Counted from the first letter of the whole stretch, positions 51,518-63,317 are shown. The stretch is DNA of 63,317 nt, filler included, from Lenisia limosa (GCA_001655205.1; 11 parts of 11 records of this genome joined end to end with filler, not necessarily neighbours in it), one strand, 5' to 3'. Notes: generated from the letters alone by a model not told the origin. A program made the numbers and translations.

Positions 51518-53051
51518 CTACTTAGCGGTGAGATATGAGAGAACAACCATTGAAATGGCCGCAGACTCCAGCGGGAGGAACGGGTATTCTCCGGTCATCT
51601 TGATGGAGTCTTTGCCGATCTTAAAGACGCGATACATGTTAAAGACCTAGGTGTTAGTTAGAGGTAAATTGCGGAGACAAGGAAGTGAGAAAGTGAACCA
51701 TATAGGCTTTTTAACATGATTGTACTGTGTGTCCCAATCCTGGAAATCACCGTTATCATTGCTGGGTTCTCAAGAAGATTGTAGTGGAGCCAAATATAAC
51801 CCTCTGAAACGTCCCTCCTCCCGCCAATGCCCTAATAATGGCGAACCTGGCGGCCATCAGCCATGTTAATTCCTCTCAACTGATTTCGGTTGCATGCGCC
51901 TTCCAAGTGGATCTCATAGTTGCCCTGAGGGGGTAAGAGGGCTCCCAAATGTTATATCTATGTCTACATCCTATATTCGCAAATTGTCATATGCATATGT
52001 AATTACATATAGTAAAACAAGGTAGTTTCTTCTTACATGTGTAGATTCAACAATGAATTGAAGAGTATCGCAACATCCAAAGTGTTTCCTGATTGTTGTT
52101 GATCCTCCAGGGTATGTAAACACTGCAGAATGTGAGTTTGGTCAAAAAGGGGGCATTTGGCACATAAATATTATAAACTCAGGCCAAAACAAAAGCATAT
52201 CGAATTGTAGACATATTTTGTAAAGTACTATCCTATCACCCGCAATAATCCCCCCCTCCCCACCGCTAGCGCCGCCACACTGGTTTCTGGTGTGTTGCAG
52301 GTTGGCCACTTGCTGGCCACTCGGGTCATAAAGGTGAACCTGGGGGTGTCAAATGAAAGAAATTTCGGTTAAGAATAATGTGGAATCACGAATCGAAATT
52401 TGAAGCTTTCAAGAAAAGAGACAATTGAAAATTGAAGAAGGAAAAAAAAAATTCATACAGCAAAGCAAATACCAATTAATAACTGGATGTGGAGGGGTTA
52501 ACTGGAAGAGTAAACCTGCTCCANNNNNNNNNNNNNNNNNNNNNNNNNNNNNNNNNNNNNNNNNNNNNNNNNNNNNNNNNNNNNNNNNNNNNNNNNNNNN
52601 NNNNNNNNNNNNNNNNNNNNNNNNNNNNNNATAGTATAATGCAGGTTACGTCTACAATAACAACACAGGGCGAAACTACTCTTAAGAGAGCAACCCATAT
52701 TATCAAAAGTACAATTCGGCCAAACAGAAACTCAAAATGAGCCAATTACCCCGTACCTATCTTTTCCCTATCCGCCCCAACCTGAGAGCTCATCATTTTG
52801 CCCTCGCCTCGGAAAAGAATCTGCTCAGTAGCTGCATCAACAATATCGCAGTTTCCAAACGAGAAGTTCTTAGGCTTGACGTGGATGTTACAGGAAGGTG
52901 CCTGGTTCATTGCCATGGGAGGGGGTCCCATTTGGCGATTGTCGTACATCTGCGGAGCCTGAGGTGGTTGGTTGTAGGCATTGTTGTTGTAGCCTGCTGG
53001 GGGGCCTTGAGGGGGAGGTTGGTAGTAGTTTGGTGGAGGAGGTTGCGCCAT
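51518..53051 (-). CDS. LURP-one/Tubby-C-like (scramblase-fold) protein with a Pro/Gln/Tyr-rich N-terminus
   Basis: MAQPPPPNYYQPPPQGPP... followed by IHVKPKNFSFGNCDIVDAATEQILFRGEGKMMSSQ-VHLYDPSGQQVANLQ, TIRKHFGCCD and IHLEGAC; stop TAG at 51518. The family call rests on the motif pattern only. Confidence 0.6.
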
Positions 53052-53253
53052 TGTTTTAGACTGAGTGTTCGCTTTTGGATATTTACGTCACGTACTTAAA
53101 GGAGTGTTCAATACGTTTAATACAGTCTTCTAGAAGTGTTATTTTTCGCCTTTTGGGCATTATTTTGCAGTACGTCTCGATCTTCACGATCTTTCTTTAA
53201 AAAGTTCGTTGCTCGAAATGAAACTGGTATTTGACGATTAGACATATTACAAT

Positions 53254-55208
53254 ATGTTGTCGTTAGCATCTAGACTTGCTAAAAGTGGACTACAGAATGT
53301 TACACGCCCAGTAATGGGCAGTTTTCTCAGAAACTTCCACAAGGTTGAGCAAAGTACCATTGGAGGCTTAAATGTTACTGATCACTACTATGATGCCGTT
53401 GTTGTTGGAGCTGGAGGAGCAGGGCTCAGAGCAACAATGGGCTTGGCACAGGAAGGCCTCGATGTTGCATGTGTCTCAAAGCTTTTCCCCACACGTTCAC
53501 ACACAGTTGCTGCCCAGGTATTTTTTAGGAGATGAGTTTGTCGAATTTATTTAGTGAAAACATCATCTGGTCAATTAATGTGCTCTAGGGTGGTATTAAC
53601 GCTGCTCTTGGGAACTTGACTACTGATGATTGGAAATGGCACGCCTACGACACCATTAAGGGCTCTGACTGGCTTGGTATGTTCCGTACATTGTTCTTCT
53701 GATCACTTCTGTCCTTGCTTATATTGGGAAATTGCTCAAATAATTTATATATGGCGTTTCGGACAATGGTTTATTCGCTCTTTTGAGGAATTCAGTATTA
53801 CTCCGAATGATTCGCAAGCTTTATGAATAACTCCTATTCTTGATACATCAGGGTATTTGATTTCTGGTGGACTAGTAGAATTTAAGACTATCGTGTCTAT
53901 TTATTTTGGAGGTTTTCAGCTTTGTTTCACGCAAATCATATTGTTGTGAACATTCTCTGTGGTTTTTTTTTTTTTAAGAGAAATGGCATTCGATTACGTG
54001 ATACAAATCCATGGAGATGTAGAGTGCCGGTGACAGGAAGAATTAGGGACTTTGAATACTCTTAGTTCTAGAAATGAACGAGTGAGAGAGCAATCCGAAA
54101 CAATTTCTCTTACTGAGTAGGTGACCAGGACGCCATCCACTACATGTGCAAGGAAGCTCCCAAGGTTAGTGTCATTCTCGTTGGTCGTTAAGGACAGTCG
54201 TATTGAGAACTTGCTCTTTTTGATCAGATATGGTATGTTATACTAGCCTATTCCAATGCGATGAAAAAGTCGTTTTGTTTGAATGAACTAAGCAAACAGC
54301 TTCATTCATATTGGGGTTTTGTTTGAATGAACTAAGCAAACAGCTTCATTCATATCGAGGGTTTTGTTTCATAAGTTTCCAACTCCCACCCCCAGGCAGT
54401 GATTGAGCTTGAGCACTTCGGTGTTCCCTTCTCACGTACTGACGAGGGTCGCATCTATCAGAGGGCTTTTGGTGGCCAAAGCCTGGAGTATGGCAAGGGT
54501 GGGGGTGGGGGGTAAGAGTATAGCGAGCTGAATCACAGACATGGTCTCACCCATATAATATATTCTTACGTTTTCAGGTGGCCAAGCTCGTCGTTGTTGC
54601 GCAGCTGAGGATCGAACGGGACACGCCATTCTGCACACCCTTTATGGACAGGTGGGGGCACAACTACAGATCATATTATGAAGTTGACAATTCAATTGGG
54701 CAGACAAGAAGGATGAATTCTTGGGTATGTATGTACTTACTGTTCCACTGGCAAGTGTTATTGCCTGGACACTTTCCTCAATCATGAATGTGTATGAATG
54801 CCCTTGAGTCCTTTGTCTTTCCCATATTTCGGCTTGATATAGCTTTCTGCGAATATCATCATCCTGTCCCAAGAGTTGGGTTTTTTGTTGTTTCACCGTT
54901 TTTACCCCCCTCCCCCCCCAAGGCACTTCGCCATGATGCCCAGTTCTTTGTGGAGTACTTTGTTCTCGACCTCATTATGCGTGATGATGAGTGTATTGGG
55001 TAGGCTGTGTNNNNNNNNNNNNNNNNNNNNNNNNNNNNNNNNNNNNNNNGTAGGCTGTGTAAAGGGGGTAGTAATCAAACAGAATGCGACCAGATCAAAA
55101 TGATATTCACACTTATTGGCTCGTTGACTTTTTAGTTGCATTGCTGTGGACATCCAGACTGGAACGCTCCATCGATTCCGCTCAGACCACACCATTCTGG
55201 CCACTGGG
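53254..55208 (+). CDS. SDHA: Succinate dehydrogenase flavoprotein subunit, N-terminal part, truncated
   Basis: [81 protein letters not shown] and HTILATG; mitochondrial-presequence-like start. Confidence 0.97.
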
Positions 55209-58200
55209 GTGCGTCAAAGGGGGCTGATAGTAAATTTAAGCACATATATATTTATTTACTAACTATGTAAGTTTTTGGACTTCCCACTATATAATAACAG
55301 ACAAGATCATTCGCTTAATAATCCATCATCAAAGTACAGATATAATGAAAAGGACGGGTTCGCATTGATTATCGTGTTTTGGTTCATGATTAGATCCTTT
55401 GCATTGTTTTCTTTTGAANNNNNNNNNNNNNNNNNNNNNNNNNNNNNNNNNNNNNNNNNNNNTTAATTAATTAANNNNNNNNNNNNNNNNNNNNNNNNNN
55501 NNNNNNNNNNNNNNNNNNATAAATTTAATAATGTAATTAAAGGCCTTAAATTTCAGAAAAATATAAGCTCAATTTTGAATAACCAAAATTTCAATAACTT
55601 AATCGCACCTGGATGATTTAACTCTTTTAATGCGATATTCCTCACGTTTAATCAAATTTACTTTGGACTAAATGATTAAATTAGTTATAATGTTCGTGTA
55701 GCATGAAACGGTTACTATGCTGTCCCTTTCTTTCTTCCTCTCAAGTCTACTGAATGTTTTTTTATTTTACAACGAGCCTATTTCCCTGACGCAGGAACAT
55801 GCTATAACGCTACCTCCACACACTGACAATTCCAAATATGTAGTAGTAGTATACATATAAATAATACTACTGCTGCATTTTTGGAATTGTCGGGAATTTG
55901 GTAATTTGCGCCAAAAAGTCGAGCTTTATATCACGAGCCTGCCAAAGTCATTTAAAAACTGATTCGACCATTTTAAGGGTTTTATGGGTCTGGCTTTCGG
56001 TTTCTAACGTCATTATCAGTTTTAAAGGGCTGTGGGATGAGAAAAGGCTGATTTTTCGACTTTTAAAACCCTGTTTTCCTAATTAGGCAAGTAAGGAACT
56101 TTCTAGAACTTTTGGGGTCAAATCCCCAAAAATATCACAAAAGTTATGTTACTTCCGCAAACTTTTCCGGGAATCTAAGAAAAACTTGAAACACCAAGAA
56201 CAGCAAGATTTTTGGACCTGTCTTTCAAAAAAGGGACCCCAGGCCCAGGATACAAATTTTCCTAGAATTTTAAGGAAATTTCCAATTTGGTCATTGTTTA
56301 GAAAATATTTCAGTTTTTTGTTTTCACGTTTTTAGAGGCTAATTTCTAAAAAGAACACCCAAAAAGCGGGTAAAAGCGGGTTTAGTGTCGCTAGTAATAA
56401 TGATACGATGTCCCAAAATTTGGTTAATATTACGTTTAAAAAAACAATAACTAATTGTTTTGAAGAAGGAATAATTGTCACAGACAGTAAATCTTACCGG
56501 TTTTAGCCCAATCACATCTGGGTGTCTATACCAAAACGGGTACACATCGATTTCCTTCTGATGAAATTAGACGAAAAGCTTGATATTTGAAAGAAACAAG
56601 GATTATGATGTCTCGAATATCTTCTCAGGGTACTACTAATATGTTGAACGACACCATTTCAATCTACAGCAGGCTATCATCATACCTGTGCTCTTTTATA
56701 TTTTTTTAGGATTCCATGGTAGTCATCAGCAGTTTCTATTTTGTTCGACGTCACTAGTCAAATTAAGATAAATAATAGAAAAAAGGTAACCAAAGAGGAC
56801 TTCAGAATCAGCTTTGTTAGTAAAGTTAATACAATTAATAATCATGGAGGTTACAGCCGGCTGTTCTACTTAATAATAGACATATCATCCGTATCTAACC
56901 TGTTTGTCCTTTGTGCCACGCTCCAAATTCAATGTCTTGAGTATCTGAAAAAAACATTAAGGTCTATGATAAGGCTAGAAACAGGTTTTCAATTGCAGAA
57001 TAGAACATACCAGAACAACTTTCTTCTTCAATCGGTGGCTTTGTAAATTTGACAGTTTTACCTGTTGTGATTAAGTATTCAATATTTCAAGACTTCACTC
57101 AAGGCGTTATTCATTTTCGATTCCAAAAAGACTAATTCTCTAAATATAACGGATAATAACTGGGTAATTACATGAACAATTAATCAACAGTTAAGTAGGA
57201 AATATTGCAATAAGAAACCAATAATATGCACTGATATTTCAAATTTTGTAAATCTTTCCTCAAAAATTTAATTACACATAGCCCAAAATAATAACTCCAG
57301 TACTTTGAAACCGAAAGTAGAGCTCAAAAAGTCCCCTTTATTGGAACGTTCTATTACATTTTGTGTAAATAACAGAAACCTGAATCCACTAACATCCTTT
57401 GAAGTTTCTTAAAAACGGCAATATTAGGATTATGATTTATTATATTATGAATTCTCATCTGTTCTCAACCACAATCTAACTATGCGATTGCTTTCTCCCA
57501 CCTTTATTGATGATTTCTTCAAATGTCAATCCCTGAGAGAGTTAGATTTTAATCATAAAAATGATAAGACTTGATGCCCAATTTATCCGTTTCACAAATT
57601 TCTGTAACATTTAGCGAAAACTGTTTTATGTTTTGCTAAAATCCGTGCTGCAAAATCATAGTATACATATAGAGTATGTATACAATGTATATATGAATTA
57701 TTACATAGTATATTATATATTCAAAAACTTGTGGCGCTCCACATTTCAATACCAACAAAAAAAGGGTAATAAAAAATTAGAGCTGTACAATGCGCAGCAG
57801 AAATCCTCCAAAATAGTGTTTTCCTGCAAAAACAAAATGCTGGTTTCTTCCGCGAAAAAGCAGTTTTACTGCGCGAGAAAATAGGCAAATATATATTATG
57901 TACATATATTATGTATAGGTGACCATACATGAACGCGAACACTCACATGAACGCGAAAGCTTTTTAAAAACATACAAAAATCCGCAATTAGATGTGATTT
58001 AAATCATCATTTTTACACAATAGGTCAGTGCATAAACAGGGGCCCAGTGCATAAAAAGGGGCCCAGTGTTCAAAAAATGGTGATAAATGAGCCTTTACAG
58101 GACAGGATTTTAATATTTTGAAAAATGAAGCTTGAGAAAGTTGGAATCATAAAAAAAAAAATTTCGAGTGTCGAAAATTTTCGATAAGTCCAGTTCGTCC

Positions 58201-58209
58201 AGTTCATTT

Positions 58210-58670
58210 CCCTTTTTGCGAGTTTTTTTTCTTCTTCTCAGCCTTTTTCAAGCTGTCTTATTTCTATGCAATTCTCGCAATTTATGTGAAGGTTCCCTTT
58301 TTGCGAGTTTTTTTTTTCTTCAGCCTTTTTCAAGCTGTCTTATTTCTATGCAATTCTCGCAATTTATGTGAAGGTATGCGAAGGTACAAAATTAAATTCT
58401 GAATCGTTTCCCATTAACATAGTGTCTCATCCTTCCTTAACTGGAAAGCAAGAACCCCCTTTAGCAGTTTAAAGAACCATCAGAGTAGGCATGGGTGCGT
58501 TTTCCCTATTTTTCTATATTTCTGTTTTTTTAAAACTAAATTAAATACAAAATTCAATTCTGAATCGTTTGAATCCCATGAACATAGTTGTCTCATCCCA
58601 CTAGCCCTCCTTAACCTGGAAAGCAAGAACCCCTTTAGCAGTTTAAAGAACCATCAGAGTAGGTATGGGA
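58210..58670. repeat. Two successive tandem duplications (~80 bp x2 and a diverged ~110-120 bp x2)
   Basis: CCCTTTTTGCGAG...GCAATTTATGTGAAGG occurs twice; TTCTGAATCGTTT...GAACCATCAGAGTAGG occurs twice. Confidence 0.85.
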
Positions 58671-58989
58671 GTGATTTACACTACTTTCTATTTGTTTCCT
58701 CATGTAATCCGCTATTTCTGCTGTTATACCAATAACTTATCACGATTAATTGTTTATGATTATCTAGTTGCAATAACGACTCTATTGCTCCACCATGGCT
58801 GACACCACTGGAATCCATAGATTTGATCTCCTTCCCCCAAGGGTAAGCCTGGTTCAACTTTTCACCCCGTAATCTATTNNNNNNNNNNNNNNNNNNNNNN
58901 NNNNNNNNNNNNNNNNNNNNNNTTAATTAATTAANNNNNNNNNNNNNNNNNNNNNNNNNNNNNNNNNNNNNNNNNNNNGAGGGAGTGAG

Positions 58990-59270
58990 TGAGGGAGTGA
59001 GCGAGTATATAGATAGCAAACCAGCGGTTTGAAAAAAGGGATAATATTGCCGGGCAGTTCATGGGATACAGTGACCAAGAAACTTTGGAAACCTTCTTTC
59101 GTATTTTATCTTTAAACATGTGGACATTTTCAAAAAAACCGACCGCACATTCATGTAGAAGAATCAAACCCATCTCACGAGCAGTTACAGGTTCAGCTGG
59201 TTTCTCCATGGTAAGCTTCTCTTCCGTGGTATCACCAGCTGTATTGATGCAAATGGAGTGCTGAGAGAGG
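58990..59270 (-). CDS. Hypothetical gene fragment divergent from VPS13
   Basis: Candidate exons HSICINTAGDTTEEKLTMEKPAEPVTAREM and DKIRKKVSKVSWSLYPMNCP. Confidence 0.3.
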
Positions 59271-59597
59271 AAGGGGATCAAAGGAAGCCAGAGAAAAATT
59301 CTTGAAAGCAAGGATTTATATGATTAACTGGCGCCTAATTTTAGGAGCAAAATAAATTCTGGCAAGAAGCTGTTGTAGTAAACGTGGTGAAAGGGAATTT
59401 CCTCGCAAAAATTCCAATAAAAAAGGCGATTACTTCTAAGAAGTAATCATTTAAATGTGAAATTTTCATTTTTTTTTCAAACACCCTATTAGTGAGCTTA
59501 TAGTGATATATAGTTTTTATAAGTCGTTCAACACGCACTCTTAAGGAAGAAGAATATGCTATAGTTGATAATGTGACCCGGTTGAATTTAATGAACA

Positions 59598-59931
59598 ATG
59601 TTTGAGAGCCAGGTCTCTGCTTTGGCGCTGTACTATGCCGAAAAGTACATCGCTAATTTGAGACCGTCGGATTTGAAGCTTTCCCTCTGGGGTGAGCTTT
59701 CCCATAATCATGAGCCTTTTGTTTACATTACTTATATCATTTTAGGAGGTGATGTTGTGCTCAAAAACTTGGAACTTCGCTTGGATGGTTGGTTGAGGCC
59801 TAAGCGAAGCTGTTGTCACCTCTTTAGTGCTGGAGAATGAACTACAACTCCCCGTTTCCTTCACAAAAGGCTTGATTCATGAATTGCGTGTCAATATCCC
59901 GTGGACATCCCTCGGATCGAGCCCAATTAAG
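59598..59931 (+). CDS. VPS13: VPS13-family chorein N-terminus (VPS13B-like), first three exons
   Basis: MFESQVSALALYYAEKYIANLRPSDLKLSLWG-GDVVLKNLELRLD-VLENELQLPVSFTKGLIHELRVNIPWTSLGSSPIK is the Chorein_N motif. Confidence 0.9.
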
Positions 59932-60230
59932 GTTTGCTGGATTTACAGGAATTGATCTGCATCATCATATCAAGACAGATTTCTGTTGATGGTTATTAAC
60001 GCAAATGGTCATACAATTACCCGGAGACGGATTGGTTGTTTTCTGGATGTTGTATGTTTGTGTTCTCATTTGTGAGACATTCAACATTGTTCTGTGGACG
60101 GTTTCCTTCTGATACGCAATATCCCTATATGTGTGATGTGAGGTGTAAACGGCTTCGGCCAGGTAGTAGTATTTTGGGACTTTCAGGAATAATTAATAGT
60201 GGTTATTGCTCCCCTCGACCATACCCACGT

Positions 60231-60370
60231 TGGAGTGTGGGATGCGTTGCTGCAGAAGCGACTGGCCGGGGCTTTGTTTGTTTTGTTGCTATTAACTCTC
60301 GTATGTCGTCAGCCAACAGAGTTGATTTTGGCTTTTTGTTTCATTAATTTTCCAATTTTACTACCCACAG
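60231..60370 (+). repeat. Family-3 intron 3'-terminal element, most complete copy
   Basis: TGGAGTGTGGGATGCGTTGCTGCAGAAGCGACTGGCC-GGGCTTTGTTTGTTTTG-[AACTCTCGTATGTCGTCAGCCAACAGAGTT]-GATTTTGGCTTTTTGTTTCATTAATTTTCCAATTTTACTACCCACAG; at least 16 related copies in the window. Confidence 0.85.
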
Positions 60371-60599
60371 CCTANNNNNNNNNNNNNNNNNNNNNNNNNN
60401 NNNNNNNNNNNNNNNNNNTTAATTAATTAANNNNNNNNNNNNNNNNNNNNNNNNNNNNNNNNNNNNNNNNNNNNAAGGGGGTGGGGGGCTTGAAGCCATC
60501 GCTAATTTCATTCTTCTTCATCAGAAGCATATCACTAGGATTTCACGGTAAAATATCGACGAGGTTTTAGAGACATTCAGTCTTTTTTTTAACAAGCAA

Positions 60600-61810
60600 A
60601 GCTCTACTTATCACGCAGGTTTCGCTGCATTGTGAAGTAACCGTCGAGAACGCCTCTCTTGTCGGTGTTGCCTTTGTTGGAGNNNNNNNNNNNNNNNNNN
60701 NNNNNNNNNNNNNNNNNNNNNNNNNNNNNNNNNNNNNNNNNNNNNNNNNNNNNNNNNNNNNNNNNNNNNNNNNNNNNNNNNNNNNNNNNNNNNNNNNNNN
60801 NNNNNNNNNNNNNNNNNNNNNNNNNNNNNNNNNNNNNNNNNNNNNNNNNNNNNNNNNNNNNNNNNNNNNNNNNNNNNNNNNNNNNNNNNNNNNNNNNNNN
60901 NNNNNNNNNNNNNNNNNNNNNNNNNNNNNNNNNNNNNNNNNNNNNNNAGGGTGTACGCAACAATATAAGATATCCCGTCACTTTTGAATAAATGCCGTCA
61001 TCATCTCAGTATATACGATGGGTTTGATCCACATGATGCACATCATTAATACATAAAAGACTAAAAGACTAAACACTAAGAAAGCTCCGGAAACAAAAAC
61101 CTCAAAAAGGAACTAGATCTCTAGATCATGCGCATGTACTTGGTGGGCTGGGCCGGCCTGGGATCTAAGCAGAGTGCCAGCGCCACCAGAGTGGCTGCCT
61201 CCGGGGAGAGGGTGCCTGGGGAAGGGGAGGAGTAAAACCGTAACTCCCCAAAAAAAGAGGGAGTTGGGGGAAATAGAAATAATAATTAAAAACAAAAAAA
61301 CAAAAATGGATGTGGGGTAAAAGAAGGACATATTTGAAGAAATGACGGAGGAGCTCAACGTTTGAGAAAAACGAAAAAAACAAGAACCCACTATTTGAAG
61401 CGAAGTCATAATCCGGCTGTTTGGCTTGTTTATTCTCTGCTTCAATTTTGACCTGATGAAGTGAATGTCATTACCATGGATCATTCATTATCAGGGTTTC
61501 ACTTCGCTTCGAAAAATACCGGTAAAATATCGACAGTTTTCGAGGATTTATCGAGAAATTCAGTCTTTTTTTTTGAACCGAAGTGAAACCCTAAGTTGTA
61601 GATTGGGAGTTGAATAGACAACTAATTACGTGATAGAGGTATTATGGGATAAGAGACTACCCCCCTTCCAGCTTCCCCCATTCCAGTATTTCCCCCATTC
61701 TTAAATTTATCCCACACTCCCACATCCAGCATTTATTCGCTACATTCCACGCACCTCATTCCAGGCTTCCACAAGGCTCGGCCCTTGGTCACGGCTCTCA
61801 TCTGAGGAGG
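60600..61810 (-). CDS. Hypothetical gene fragment
   Basis: Candidate exons ESRDQGPSLVEAWNE, GTLSPEAATLVALALCLDPRPAQPT and SNKGNTDKRGVLDGYFTMQRNLRDK. Confidence 0.35.
61492..61593. mobile_element. Family-1a MITE
   Basis: Full TIRs, no TSD visible. Further copies are at 7441-7526, 26163-26245, ~36385-36470, ~60540-60606 and 61831-61925. Confidence 0.85.
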
Positions 61811-62194
61811 TAAGAGAAGTGATATCCTACCAGAGCTTCACTTCGGTTCAAAAAAAAAGACTGAATTTCTCGATCAATCCTCAAAAGCTATCGATATTTT
61901 ACCGGTTTTTTTCGAACCGAAGTAAGTGCTGTTCCCGTTCCCAACGGTCCAAAAAACCGGAAAAATATCGATATTTATCGAGGATTTATCGGGAAATGAT
62001 TTTGTCTTTTTTGGGACCATCGGGAAGCCAGTTAGGGGAAATGAGAAAAGACCCCCACANNNNNNNNNNNNNNNNNNNNNNNNNNNNNNNNNNNNNNNNN
62101 NNNTTAATTAATTAANNNNNNNNNNNNNNNNNNNNNNNNNNNNNNNNNNNNNNNNNNNNCGGAGGCAGGAGTGCCGATCCTAAGGTTATCATTA

Positions 62195-63280
62195 TACCCG
62201 TTGTCTGAGTTGAGGGTCATTTGGGACATTTGGGCTATGGGGACCTGGGCTTGGGCTACGTTCTCGCGATACCACAGGCAGAGCTGTGGGGTTATTAAGG
62301 AGCTGGGGAGAGAGAGAGAGAAAGAAATTGGAAAATTTTTGTAAAAATATGGAAATAACTAAAGAAAAAAACCCAGACACCCCCATACAGAAGCGGTCTC
62401 GGCAGCAAGGTAGTCTAAGGAAAACGTAACGGTCAGCTCCGCACTAGCGAACGGCTGAATGATTTGAAGGCCTTCAGGGAAGATGGAAAATGAAGACTTC
62501 TCAGATACGCCAGAGGGGGCGAGAACGTCTTCTTGAATAGCCGTGGATTGCTCCAGTGAAGCCTGATAATTGTCAGCTCTGTGATACGTATGGAATATTC
62601 AGTGATGTCGAGGTAGGGGACATATGACTAAAATAAATTGATAACAACAATTCAAACTTGACGTAGTGCTCAATTTCTATTTCAATAGAGACTATACTGC
62701 AAAAAAGAAATTTCGGTTCACGTCTTCCCCTATGTGTCCTCCTCACCCAAGCGGCAAAGACGCTTTGCTTTACTCTGACCCCCCACCTGCCACAATACGG
62801 GATTTTCAGTGCGGTTATACACCATAAACCGTCGAGAGGCAGGGTGCGACAGTTTATGGTAACAAAATGATATTGTCTCGTCTTCCTGAATTGTACTGCG
62901 GAGGGGGTGGCCGTACCTGGTTTAGTGAGTAGGTTCGAAAAATTCTCGAAAACTGTTCACATTTTATTGATCGTTTTCAGACCAGAGTGAATCCCTGTTA
63001 GTGGACTTGCCAAAAATGGAAGGTTGGGTTCCACCTTCCTTATTAGGCAATATCCTTCCTTTATTTTATCTCCAGCTTGATATCAAACTAATTCAGCCAA
63101 AATATTCGCGGTTTCTCTGTCCTTCCAAAAATTGTAAATGCTATTCCCCATTTGGCAATAACATCAACCTTCCTTATATGGTAACCAACCTTCCGTATAT
63201 GGGAACAGACGCTGCGAATCCGGTGTCTACGTCTACGGCTGTGAACATTCCTGCCTCGAGGCCGTTCAAACACACTACAT
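62195..63280 (-). CDS. Hypothetical gene fragment with a possible ASH/Ig-like (ciliary-protein-type) segment
   Basis: Exon 62390-62580 reads SSFSIFPEGLQIIQPFASAELTVTFS, resembling the F.I.P....I.P.....V.F pattern of ASH domains. Other exons are VVCLNGLEAGMFTAVDVDTG and LLNNPTALPVVSRERSPSP. Confidence 0.4.
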
Positions 63281-63317
63281 CTAGGTCCAGTTTGGGGGGG
63301 TTCTGGGGGGGGGGGGG

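Noticed and set aside
55000-55060. GTAGGCTGTGT on both sides of an N run in SDHA
   Set aside because: Probably an unmerged contig overlap at a scaffold gap.
56881-57435. Possible pseudogene or TAR-reassigned ORF (contains CPLC)
   Set aside because: About 15 stops in 185 codons, including TGA, is what random ~70% AT sequence would give.
20452-62115. Ten TTAATTAATTAA copies as a biological repeat or CRISPR-like array
   Set aside because: Each sits in a fixed 100-bp N spacer and genes break there, so it is a concatenation linker. Gene neighbourhoods across linkers were not interpreted.
304-63273. Most six-frame ORFs, especially those containing X runs
   Set aside because: They are antisense shadows, intron read-through or gap-spanning artefacts; the real genes are spliced.
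1-63317. tRNA, rRNA, CRISPR arrays or an autonomous transposase
   Set aside because: None recognisable by eye; a covariance-model scan would be needed to exclude small ncRNAs.

Overview
Intron-rich eukaryotic (protist-like) genomic DNA. The window is not one locus. It is 11 scaffolds joined by artificial 100-bp spacers (N44-TTAATTAATTAA-N44), with further internal N gaps, so adjacency across spacers is meaningless. Recognisable multi-exon genes (spans approximate, exons joined by eye) are RasGEF (-), a fibrinogen-like YCD-domain protein (+), RRP4/EXOSC2 (-) head-to-head with the meiotic helicase MER3/HFM1 (+), an importin-7/8-like protein (-), an ankyrin gene with one repeat per exon (+), NOP2 (-), basal-body protein BBOF1/CCDC176 (+), a LURP-one/Tubby-like protein (-) head-to-head with SDHA (+), and the VPS13 N-terminus (+). 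Several hypothetical genes are also present. The introns carry three unannotated repeat families. Family 1 is a ~100-bp hAT-type MITE (about 20 copies, 8-bp TSDs, two TIR subtypes sharing one core); two of its TSDs duplicate a 5' splice site. Family 2 is a long-TIR foldback element. Family 3 is a ~140-bp hairpin-containing element that is sense to its host gene in all 16 assignable copies and whose C-rich end forms the intron's 3' splice site. Family 3 is the best candidate for an undescribed system.
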